Positions 39,949 to 48,518 of a stretch of 64,000 nucleotides of DNA are shown here, piece by piece. A program made the position numbers and the translations under genes. The notes beneath the pieces are model-generated. The model was not told the DNA's origin and did not search any database. It saw nothing but the letters and a program-made list of their open reading frames with translations. Each line of letters starts with the position of its first letter. Within the stretch, counting starts at the first letter, position 1. Source of the stretch: an uncultured delta proteobacterium (GTDB taxonomy: Bacteria; Desulfobacterota; Binatia; UBA9968); contig CAWDHA010000016.1 of the NCBI GenBank assembly GCA_963801935.1, positions 75,814-139,813 of the forward strand, given 5' to 3'.

Positions 39949-41313
39949 TCACGGCCGGCCGAGCAGCACGTCTCTTACTCGAACGGCGGTCCGCGCCCAC
40001 GTTAACCTCGGGGAGAACCGCGTGGAGCGATTCCACAGTCCCGCAGAGGCCAATAAACCGGCCATCTCCGGTTCGGCGCATTCGAACGAATCGCCGAATT
40101 CGCGGTCCGAGCTCTCGGTAAACCACCGGAAATCGTGCCAATGATCCCGGCCGCTTACGCCGTCCATATAAGCGAGCAGCGTGTCGATGCTGTTCATGAG
40201 CCACGCTAGATCCTCGCGCTCGCGGTACTCCGCCCGCGTCTTCTCCTGCAACAGTCGCTCGCGTGCGATCCGTTTGATGTCAGGCGGGAGATTCTGCACG
40301 GACAGGTACGGAGGCCAGGACAGCGGACTCAGGAACGGAGCGGGCAGGACATGATCGAACTCCGACCGGAAATACGCGTAAAGCTTGTCCAGACCAAGCA
40401 CGTTGTAAATTTGCACCGTCGTGTTCGTGGAAACCTGCCGGAGGTTCCACTCGGTGAAATGGGCATCGACCATGCGCAGGTTCCGATTCACAGCCTCCCA
40501 GCGGGAGGGCCGGCGAATGTACCCGTTGACCGCGCCATAGCCGTCGATGCTGCAATTGAGCGAAACCGATTTGAACCGGGGCCAAAGCTCGGTCACCGAT
40601 CTCGGAAGGAGCGTCAGGTTGGTCGTGTAACCCAGCGCGATTTCCTTGGCAAAGCCCGAATCGATGCAGATTCGCAGCGCCTGGATCATCTCCGGAACCA
40701 TCATCGGCTCTCCGCCCGCGAAGTGGAGCCATTCGATCGAGGGCAACTGCGCGCGGAACTTCCGCCACACATCGGGATCGCGGAACCAGTCCAGTTTCCG
40801 CAGCTTGCCAAGATAGTTCCGTCCCAGCCGATAACCCTTTGGCTGGACGCGGTCGAAGGAGTCGATCCAGAGCTTGGATGCTCCAGGACTGCACATCCGG
40901 CACGTCAGGTTGCAGTGGTTGCCGAGCCGCAGGTCGAGGTGGCGAACCGCCGGCGCGGCGGCGGTACCGTCAGGCGCCGTGGCAGACAGGAGATCCGGGA
41001 TGCGGTGGCGGAAGTTGTCGTTGCGCGCCGTACGGTTGGAGGTGCCGCCCGCGCGTTCGGCGCTCAAACAGCGCGTGCAAATGCCGTCCCACTCGCCGTT
41101 GAACATCTTGCGGCGCATCTCCCTCAGGCGCGGGCTATTGAAAATTTCCTCCTCGCTTTGATCGCCTTGAATGTGGATGCGCTTACCGCCTTGGTCCGTC
41201 AGGAAATTCTCCTTTCCTTCGGCCACACAGCACACTTTGAAAAACCCTCGCTCATTGACGAGACGGTGCAGCCAGGGAACGACACAAAAAGAGGACGATA
41301 CGTTAGTATTCAT
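39949..41313 (-). CDS. Radical SAM protein with N-terminal Cys-rich (twitch-like) domain
   Basis: N-terminus FCVVPWLHRL..FKVCCVA..WDGICTRC. Radical SAM cluster LGNHCNLTCRMC (CxxxCxxC). GGEPMM SAM-binding motif. The start is ATG 41313 or the TTG at 41406. Confidence 0.7.
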   Translation of the reverse strand: MNTNVSSSFCVVPWLHRLVNERGFFKVCCVAEGKENFLTDQGGKRIHIQGDQSEEEIFNSPRLREMRRKMFNGEWDGICTRCLSAERAGGTSNRTARNDNFRHRIPDLLSATAPDGTAAAPAVRHLDLRLGNHCNLTCRMCSPGASKLWIDSFDRVQPKGYRLGRNYLGKLRKLDWFRDPDVWRKFRAQLPSIEWLHFAGGEPMMVPEMIQALRICIDSGFAKEIALGYTTNLTLLPRSVTELWPRFKSVSLNCSIDGYGAVNGYIRRPSRWEAVNRNLRMVDAHFTEWNLRQVSTNTTVQIYNVLGLDKLYAYFRSEFDHVLPAPFLSPLSWPPYLSVQNLPPDIKRIARERLLQEKTRAEYREREDLAWLMNSIDTLLAYMDGVSGRDHWHDFRWFTESSDREFGDSFECAEPEMAGLLASAGLWNRSTRFSPRLTWARTAVRVRDVLLGRP

Positions 41314-41402
41314 ATGCACCTGCTGGGCTTGAGAACGGCCTGCCGAATTCGGCTCTTCCCGGCGCAGCGGCCGGTCATGCGGGATGGCTCGATCGCGCCA
41401 CT

Positions 41403-42344
41403 TCAATCCGTTTCGCGCCGCACTCCAGCGAGCACCGTCGAACTCCGCTCTCGAGGTTTTATGCGGCTCAAAGCCGCCTCCCAGAAAAAGCCGGCCGCAT
41501 TCGCCACCTGCGCCAGCCCGAGTAACGCCGCTTGCGTCACCGGAGCACTAATATCGGGGCGCGCAACCGGGCTTCGCAATAAATCCCAGTAGAAGCGAAG
41601 AGGTTCCAGCCGGATCCGCGCGGAACGCCGTTGGGCACGCATGCGCCGGTAGCGGAATGTGCCGCGGCCGTAACGGAAATGAAGCCGGCAGAAGTCCGAA
41701 AGCGTGAGCGGGTGGGCATGATAAACGACCGCTTCCGGAATGTACGCCATGCGGTAACCGTGATCCCGCCAGCGGCCGCAGAACTCCCGGTCCTCGCCAG
41801 CCCCCATTACAAAGGATGCGTCGAATCCACCGATGTCACGGAACAAACGCGCGGGGACGGAGAGATTGTTCGGCGTAAAAAATGCGGCGTTTGTCGATGA
41901 AACGTTGTAGTACGAGTAGAGATGCTCGATCAGCAGATGTGTGGCCGCCGAATAGACGTTTCCTTTTTCGGTATTACGAATCCGCCCGCCCAGCGCGGTG
42001 TCGGGAGCGGTTGCGAGATACGCGGCAAATGTCCGTAGCCAACCGCCGGCGGGGGTGCAGTCGTCGGCGGTAAAAGCGAGGAATGTTCCCCTCGCCCGGG
42101 CGGCGCCCGCGTTCCGTGCGGCGCCCGGTCCGGCATTTCGCTGCCGAACGATGCTGAGGTCGATGACGTTTCCGGCTGCGGCCATTGCGCCGATGACACT
42201 CGGCGCGCTGCCGTCATCGACGACGATCACCTCGAAGCGGTCGCGCGGATAGTCGAGTGCGGTCAACGACCGCAGACACGCCGTCAATTGCCGCGGTCGG
42301 TCGTAGGTCGGTACGATAACGGAGAAAAACGGTAGTTGGGACAT
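41403..42344 (-). CDS. Glycosyltransferase family 2 (paralogue a)
   Basis: The ATG at 42344 overlaps the upstream stop. It carries FFSVIVPTYDRPRQLTACLRSLTALDYPRDRFEVIVVDDGS, FLAFTADDCTP, GEDREF and HFRYGRG. Confidence 0.8.
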   Translation of the reverse strand: MSQLPFFSVIVPTYDRPRQLTACLRSLTALDYPRDRFEVIVVDDGSAPSVIGAMAAAGNVIDLSIVRQRNAGPGAARNAGAARARGTFLAFTADDCTPAGGWLRTFAAYLATAPDTALGGRIRNTEKGNVYSAATHLLIEHLYSYYNVSSTNAAFFTPNNLSVPARLFRDIGGFDASFVMGAGEDREFCGRWRDHGYRMAYIPEAVVYHAHPLTLSDFCRLHFRYGRGTFRYRRMRAQRRSARIRLEPLRFYWDLLRSPVARPDISAPVTQAALLGLAQVANAAGFFWEAALSRIKPRERSSTVLAGVRRETD

Positions 42345-43258
42345 CAGACCTCGACGGCGCGGCTGCCCGTGCGGCTTGGCCGCAGCGCCTCGCACACCAT
42401 TCCTCCCGCGGTCGCGCATTGCGAAGCGAGAAGCAACCCGGAGAGTCGCAGCGCGCGAGCTTTCGGCATTCGCGAGAACGGCGAAAAGAGCAGTTTCGAA
42501 TAGTAGGAGGGATCCGGCTTGAACACCTGCCAGTGCCGCTGCGCACGCACCCGCTGCAGCCGCAAAGCGCCGCGGCCGTAGGTAAAGTGTTGGCGCCAGA
42601 ACGACCGCCAGTCGAGCGCGTGGGCATGATAGACCAGCACCTCGCGCGCATAGATCATGCGGTAGCCTTGATGAAGCCAGCGGCCGCACAACTCACGATC
42701 TTCCGAGGCGGTCAAGGCGAAGGCGGCATCGAAGCCGCCGAGCGCCTTAAACTGTGCTGCCGGCAAAGCCAGGTTGTTGGCCGTAAAAAATCGCGCGTGC
42801 TCGGCATCTCCGTTATGATAGTCGTAGCCGATTTCAACAATCAGCTGGCTGGCCGTCGCGTAGGGATTTTCCGCAAGCGCGTTGACCGTACACCCGCCCA
42901 CCATCACCGCATCGGCCGCGCCGGCGAAACGCTCCGCGAGGGTTTTCAACCAGCCGGGTGCCGGCAGGCAGTCGTCGTCGGTGAAGGCGAGAATCTCGCC
43001 TCTGGCATGAGCGGCTCCGGCGTTGCGAGCCGAACTCGGACCTTCGTTTCGCTGCGCAATCGACGAGATGCGGATTTCGCGCTCGAATGCGGCAATGACG
43101 CTTTGCAGCGAGACCGCGCTGCCGTCATCCACGACGATCACTTCAAACAAGTTGCGCGGATAATCCAGCCGGGCAAGCGCGCCAAGACAAGCCGCCAGCT
43201 CTCGGGGACGGTTGTACGTCGGTATGATGATCGAGAACACCGGAAATCCAGATCGCAT
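42344..43258 (-). CDS. Glycosyltransferase family 2 (paralogue b)
   Basis: VFSIIIPTYNRPRELAACLGALARLDYPRNLFEVIVVDDGS, ILAFTDDDCLP, SEDREL and HFTYGRG. It is collinear with paralogues a and c. Confidence 0.8.
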   Translation of the reverse strand: MRSGFPVFSIIIPTYNRPRELAACLGALARLDYPRNLFEVIVVDDGSAVSLQSVIAAFEREIRISSIAQRNEGPSSARNAGAAHARGEILAFTDDDCLPAPGWLKTLAERFAGAADAVMVGGCTVNALAENPYATASQLIVEIGYDYHNGDAEHARFFTANNLALPAAQFKALGGFDAAFALTASEDRELCGRWLHQGYRMIYAREVLVYHAHALDWRSFWRQHFTYGRGALRLQRVRAQRHWQVFKPDPSYYSKLLFSPFSRMPKARALRLSGLLLASQCATAGGMVCEALRPSRTGSRAVEV

Positions 43259-43270
43259 CGGTACGTTCGT

Positions 43271-44299
43271 TCAGGCCGCGAGCTCACCGGGCGGCGGAAA
43301 GAGAGAAGCGTCGAGCTCGCGCCGGTCTCGCTCCAGTACGTAGTCCACCTTGTGCAACTCCATCTCCGCCAGTTGCCGCGCCGCGGTACCGGCTCCGAAG
43401 AGGGACCCCACCATTTCACCCGCGGCGCTAACGAGCACCCCGGCCGCGAGCGAGGGAATCACGCGCGGCAGCAGCGCGTGGCTCTGCGTGGAATTTCGTA
43501 TGTCGCGCAGGACACGCGGCAGGCGAATCAACGGGATAACCGGCGCGCCCGCGGCATAGAGGAGCCGCCGGAGCAGGCTCCAAGCTAACGAGCGAGTCGC
43601 CGCAAAACGCCGGCCCGTATAAAACCGCTCGCGCAGCCAATGCGAACAGGAGGAAACATTCAAGTGGTAAACCCGCGCCGCCGGCTCGAGGCGGAGCCGG
43701 TGTCCACCCGCGCGCAGGCGCCAGTGCAGGAGAATCTCCGAATCCATCAGCGCTTCGAGGTCCGAGTCGTACTGCAACAGAAGCTGCCGCTTATACGAGG
43801 TGTGATGACCGGGAAGATATTCGGCAACTCCGACGGCGCTCGTTTCAACGCAACTCCCGTAATCCAGGAACAAACTCGCCCAACTGGTGAGCGTCCCGGG
43901 ATTGGCGTTGCCGATGACCGCCCCCACCGCCGCCCAGGGTCCCCGGTGCGCCTCGATGAGCGCGTGCGCCCAATCGCGGCGGGGGTATGCGTGCGTCTCG
44001 GCGAGAACCACGAGCGGCGCGCTCGCTCGGCGGACGCCGGCCGTTGTGGCAAGCGCCAGCGGCAAAATGACCGGAACCTCGACGACCTGAACCGCGCAGA
44101 AGCGATCCGTGTCCGCGGGATCCAAACCCAGGCCGCGCTCCGATTGCGTGACGATCACGATTTCTAGGCGGTCGCTGACCGTTTGCTCGCGCAGGTGCCT
44201 CATGGTTTTGCGGGCAACTGCGTACTGGTCCGCCACCAGGACGACGGAAAGATCCGGCGCGGGACGCGATCTCTCGATGGATTGGTTCTGCACGCTCAC
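43271..44299 (-). CDS. GT-A-like protein (divergent GT2-like, no clear DxD seen)
   Basis: Intact 342 aa. It reads LSVVLVADQYAVARKTMRHLREQTVSDRLEIVIVT, LAETHAYPRRDWAHALIEAH, with a hydrophobic C-terminal part. It is paralogous to 45441..46422. Confidence 0.45.
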   Translation of the reverse strand: MSVQNQSIERSRPAPDLSVVLVADQYAVARKTMRHLREQTVSDRLEIVIVTQSERGLGLDPADTDRFCAVQVVEVPVILPLALATTAGVRRASAPLVVLAETHAYPRRDWAHALIEAHRGPWAAVGAVIGNANPGTLTSWASLFLDYGSCVETSAVGVAEYLPGHHTSYKRQLLLQYDSDLEALMDSEILLHWRLRAGGHRLRLEPAARVYHLNVSSCSHWLRERFYTGRRFAATRSLAWSLLRRLLYAAGAPVIPLIRLPRVLRDIRNSTQSHALLPRVIPSLAAGVLVSAAGEMVGSLFGAGTAARQLAEMELHKVDYVLERDRRELDASLFPPPGELAA

Positions 44300-45429
44300 G
44301 GTAACGCTCCTCCTGCCCGCGGTTGGGGGATTTCGGGCGCGCCCCCCACCTGCTCTGCGCGCGTCACTGCAACCGCTTCAGCGATTCTCAACGGCCGTCC
44401 CGCGTCGGCGGAAAGTGCGGCGGCGATCACGACCTCCAACGCGCGCCGCCCGTCATCCTGGGTGGACTCGAGCGGGACGTCATGCCGGAGGGCGGCGGCG
44501 AAATGGCGCCATTCGGCGGCGTACGAACCGATGAAGTCGCCGCCCTGGCGCATGCCGCGGATGCCCTGCGGCAGTTCCTGTAGCGTGCGCGCCATTTTGC
44601 CGAGCCGCCGTTTGAGATCGCCCGGAAAGCCGCCGGGCGGCGAGAATTCCAAGCCGTCGAAGTCATAGCACGAAACCCGCAGTTGTCCGCCCTTGCCGAA
44701 GAACTCCAGGTCATGGCTCTCGCTCGTACGCTCGGAGAACACCGAACTCACCACGACGCCATTGGTCATGCGCGCCGTCACGACGGCGGCTTCATCATCC
44801 CACTGTCCCGATTGCGCCACGGCGAAGATCTCATCGACCTCGCTGCCGAGCAGATAACGCCACAGGTCGAAGTGGTGAACGGCCAGCTCGAACAGAACGC
44901 CGCCTCCGCTTTCCCGGCGCGCGCGCCAGTCGGGAAGGGTCTCGTGGTAACTCGTCAGGATCGTGCGCATGAACTGGACCGGGCCCAATACTCCCTGCCG
45001 GAGTTCATCGCGCGCCCGGCGCACCAGACGATGCCAGCGCAGGTTGAAGCCGACCATTATCCGCCGCCGTGAACGCGCCGCTCTCTCCGCCAGCACATCG
45101 GCGTCCGCCAGCGTCAGCGCAAGAGGCTTTTCAATGAACAGATGCTTGTCGCGTTCCAGAGCGGCCAGCGCGACCTGCACGTGGAAGCGGGCCGGGACGC
45201 AGACCGCCACCGCCTCGATTTCGGGATCCGTGACGAGATCGGCAAAGTCCCGGTAACGCTTGCGGATCCCGAAGCGCCCGCTCAGCGCGTTCAGACGATC
45301 GCTATCGAGATCGGCCGCCGCGACCACTTCAACCTCGCAGACATTTCGCAGCGCCGGGAGATGGCGCGTTTCGCTCACCCGCCCGCATCCGATGATGCCT
45401 AGTTTGATCGGTTTGTCGTTGGCGGCCAT
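44296..45429 (-). CDS. Gfo/Idh/MocA family oxidoreductase
   Basis: KLGIIGCGRVSETRHLPAL (Rossmann) and HLFIEKPLALTLADAD (EKP motif). Intact 377 aa. Confidence 0.85.
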   Translation of the reverse strand: MAANDKPIKLGIIGCGRVSETRHLPALRNVCEVEVVAAADLDSDRLNALSGRFGIRKRYRDFADLVTDPEIEAVAVCVPARFHVQVALAALERDKHLFIEKPLALTLADADVLAERAARSRRRIMVGFNLRWHRLVRRARDELRQGVLGPVQFMRTILTSYHETLPDWRARRESGGGVLFELAVHHFDLWRYLLGSEVDEIFAVAQSGQWDDEAAVVTARMTNGVVVSSVFSERTSESHDLEFFGKGGQLRVSCYDFDGLEFSPPGGFPGDLKRRLGKMARTLQELPQGIRGMRQGGDFIGSYAAEWRHFAAALRHDVPLESTQDDGRRALEVVIAAALSADAGRPLRIAEAVAVTRAEQVGGAPEIPQPRAGGALP

Positions 45430-45440
45430 GAGGATATCTT

Positions 45441-46422
45441 TCAGACTCTGAATGCGGCGCCGGCGGCGGCGTCCGCCTTTCCAAGATATCGGCTCCGGTG
45501 AAACTCCATTTCGGAGAGCCGTGCCATAGAGTTGCCACGACCAAGCACGTAACCGGCCATCTCGCCGGCTGCGTCAAGCAGAAGCGCAACGAACAGAGCC
45601 GGCCAGATGCGGCGTATCAAGTCGCCGGGGCGACCGGGCAGGCGAAGCTCGCGCAGGATTCGAAAGAGCCGGATGAAGGGAATGAAAGGTGCGCCTCCAC
45701 CGTAGAACAAGCGCTTCCAAAACGGCCACTCACGCGCCCGTGCCGCCGCGAATAGGCGACCGCAGTGAAAGCGCAACACCAGCGACGCGAGCGGTGTGGA
45801 AAAATTTTGATGAAATGTTCGCGCCTTCGGCTGCAAATAAAGAAGATGGCCTTTCGCCCGCAAGTCCCAGTGAAGGATACTTTCCGCATCCAACATCGCT
45901 TCAAGCCGGTCGCCATACTTCAAGAGCGGGTCACGCTTGTAAGAGCCATTATGGCCGGGCAAATGATCCGTAACACCAGCCGGTGCGGGATCGAGTCAAT
46001 GGCGGTATTCAATCAACAGATTCACCCAGCTCATGAGGCCATGCGGATTGGCGTTGGCCATGACCGGTCCTACAGCGGCCCAGCCGTTCTTGTGCGCGTC
46101 GATAATGCCCTCAGCCCATCCAGGAGCGGGATAAGCATGGTCCTCGACGAGCGCGACGACAGGAGCAGACGCATGCTGCACACCGATAGCCGGGCTCGGG
46201 CTGTTGAGCGCATCAAACCAACTTCGATGACCCGATGTTGTAGAAACCCCTGTATCTCACGTGGATCGAGGCCGAGTTCACGGCTGACGGCGCCACGAAG
46301 ACGATTTCCAAACGGCCCTTCACGTTTTGTGCCTTTAAATGTCTGACCGTCTTCCGGACGGTTTCGTAACAGTCCGGAGTCACCACGATCACGGACATCG
46401 CAGGTACATTTGTATCGCTCAC
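45441..46422 (-). pseudogene. Frameshifted paralogue of 43271..44299
   Basis: Three collinear pieces are present. They are MSVIVVTPDCYETVRKTVRHLKAQNVKGRLEIVFV (46213..46422), VVALVEDHAYPAPGWAEGIIDAHKNGWAAVGPVMANANP (45996..46181) and PGHNGSYKRDPLLKYGDRLEAML..ILHWDLRAKGH (45441..45962). Confidence 0.6.
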
Positions 46423-46505
46423 AGGTTATCTCCTGCTGGACGGCGAAACGCTATTCGGCGGCGCGTCCCGGCCGGCAAGAACGCCGTCGAAGTTCATGGT
46501 GAGGA

Positions 46506-47423
46506 TCATCGCGGGCAATCAGATTGTTCGCCCGTCATTGCGGCTCGGCGGTTCTGGAATTTGCTCATTTCGGAGAAGAAACCCACCGTGTTTGCCAATT
46601 GCCACACCGCGAGCATCGGTAATATCCGAGTGTTTTTGTAAAGGAAATCATAGCCCAGCAACTTGGTATAAAATCGCAGTTCGAACCCGAAAGGCCCCGA
46701 GCCACGCCGGGCACGTCCTTGATGAAAGCGAAAGGCGCCGCGCCCATAGTTGAAATGTTGCCGCCAGAAACCGCCCAGGGTCAGCGCATGAGCATGGAAG
46801 ACCACGGCTTCGGGCGCGTACGTCATTCGATATCCGGAATGCAACCAGCGATCGCATAACTGGCGGTCCTCTGAAGCGGCGAGCCGCCAGCCCCTATCGA
46901 AACCGCCTACCAACCTAAAGCGATCCGCAGGCACCGCTAAGTTGTTCGATGCGAAGAAGCGCGCGTGATCGGGATCTGCGTTGTAGTGCGCGTAAACGAA
47001 ATCCATAATCGCTTGGCTGGCCGCGGAGTACGGGTTCTCCGGCAAAGCGTTCATTGTCCGCCCGCCGATCGCATGGTCCGGCGTTTGAACAAAACGGGCC
47101 GCCAACGCCGCCAACCAGCCTACCGCCGGCATGCAGTCGTCGTCGGTAAAGACTAGAAGCCGCCCTTTGGCTTTTGCGGTGCCGTTATTGCGCGCGACTC
47201 CAGGCCCGCTGTTTCGCTGTACAAGAAACGTCAGCTGCATCTGCCGCCGGAAGGGACTCACGATCGGTTCCAAACACATCCGACTGCCATCGTCCACCAC
47301 GACGACCTCAAACCGCTCTACGGAATAATCCAGGCAGGCAATGGACTCGAGGCAGCTCTTCAACTGCGCTGGCCGGTTGTAGGTCGGAATTATGATCGAG
47401 ATAAAAGGCTGTATCCGGTTCAT
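46506..47423 (-). CDS. Glycosyltransferase family 2 (paralogue c)
   Basis: FISIIIPTYNRPAQLKSCLESIACLDYSVERFEVVVVDDGS, LLVFTDDDCMP, SEDRQL and HFNYGRG. Confidence 0.8.
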   Translation of the reverse strand: MNRIQPFISIIIPTYNRPAQLKSCLESIACLDYSVERFEVVVVDDGSRMCLEPIVSPFRRQMQLTFLVQRNSGPGVARNNGTAKAKGRLLVFTDDDCMPAVGWLAALAARFVQTPDHAIGGRTMNALPENPYSAASQAIMDFVYAHYNADPDHARFFASNNLAVPADRFRLVGGFDRGWRLAASEDRQLCDRWLHSGYRMTYAPEAVVFHAHALTLGGFWRQHFNYGRGAFRFHQGRARRGSGPFGFELRFYTKLLGYDFLYKNTRILPMLAVWQLANTVGFFSEMSKFQNRRAAMTGEQSDCPR

Positions 47424-47587
47424 TCCAGTTTATCAGTTTGTTATGGAGAGTGGCTGATGGGAAGTTAAAAAGTTCAGTATTACGCGAAAGATAAACGGGG
47501 TTCAGCAGCATCAACTTATCAATGCATAAATGTGACAATTAGCTGCGCGCCGGCGCGCCGGCCCGCCGTTCCGCTGCAACAGCAACG

Positions 47588-48484
47588 TCAGGTTTGCTCG
47601 CGAGGTTTTCCAGCCCTCCATAAATCGGCGTATCTGGAGAAATCGAAATGTTTGGCTCCATCGGTCTCGCCATCCCAAAGGCATAAACCATATCGCCCTG
47701 TATCCAAGGTCCACGCGAAACCTTTGTGTGTGAGGATCGTCTGCCAGGCTTCCCACATATCAGGGGTCCATCGGATATCATCGAAAACGAGAAGAGCGCC
47801 ACGGTTAAGAAAAGGCGTTAAACGCGTTAGATAATGAAAGGTCGCTATTTTCTCGTGCTGGCCATCGACGTGAACCATGTCGAGCCCGCTGGTTAGCATG
47901 GGTAGAATTCGGTCCAGACCACTATCGAACAAAGCGTTGATCACTTCGAAATGACTCGCCACAGAGCCGAGGTTTGATTCTGCAATTCGCGCCAAATCAT
48001 GAGAGCCTTCGATGGTGATATACCTTTTGCAGTTTTTTCCCGCAGCCATGTAACAACCGGAAATTCCGGCACATGACCCCAACTCTAGAATGGTCTCGGC
48101 TCGAGTGGCGTTCGAACATAGATATAAAAAAGCGCCCCAGTACGGCACTACGCTGGCAATTTCGGCGATACTGCTCAGAGCGATCTTTTTAACTTTACCC
48201 GGCTGCGGTTTAACTGCGGGTCGGTTTGCTGGACCCGATGAGCCGGGATCCGGAGACGGATAGATCTCGACATAGACAGCGCTGTCGTTGGCCATCTTGG
48301 CTCGACGGGCTTCGATTCTGTTTACAAGCGACTGATCGTCTGGACTTAAACTCTTTGTCAAAAGAAAGAGAAGAGGCTGGCGAAGGTGTGAGGGCAAACC
48401 GTCATCCAGCATCTTAGCAAGCCGCTGCTGACCGAAACGAGAGAGGAGCCATCGATAGGAGGATTGCGCAACTGAATACATCAT
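47588..48484 (-). CDS. Class I SAM-dependent methyltransferase (O-methyltransferase family 3/Methyltransf_24-like)
   Basis: ILELGSCAGISGCYMA (motif I), MVHVDGQHEKIATFHY and LLVFDDIRW. Confidence 0.65.
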   Translation of the reverse strand: MMYSVAQSSYRWLLSRFGQQRLAKMLDDGLPSHLRQPLLFLLTKSLSPDDQSLVNRIEARRAKMANDSAVYVEIYPSPDPGSSGPANRPAVKPQPGKVKKIALSSIAEIASVVPYWGAFLYLCSNATRAETILELGSCAGISGCYMAAGKNCKRYITIEGSHDLARIAESNLGSVASHFEVINALFDSGLDRILPMLTSGLDMVHVDGQHEKIATFHYLTRLTPFLNRGALLVFDDIRWTPDMWEAWQTILTHKGFAWTLDTGRYGLCLWDGETDGAKHFDFSRYADLWRAGKPREQT

Positions 48485-48518
48485 CGCCTTCCGCTGTAAC
48501 TTCGCGACGATAAGGCGG

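Noticed and set aside
35234-43588. Long plus-strand ORFs (35234..36022, 36671..37582, 40351..41592, 42419..43588 and many others) lie antisense to the glycan genes.
   Set aside because: Their translations are Arg/Ala/Gly/Pro-rich low-complexity sequence with no motifs. Each is fully shadowed by a minus-strand gene with clear family signatures. This is the typical stop-codon-poor antisense frame of high-GC DNA.
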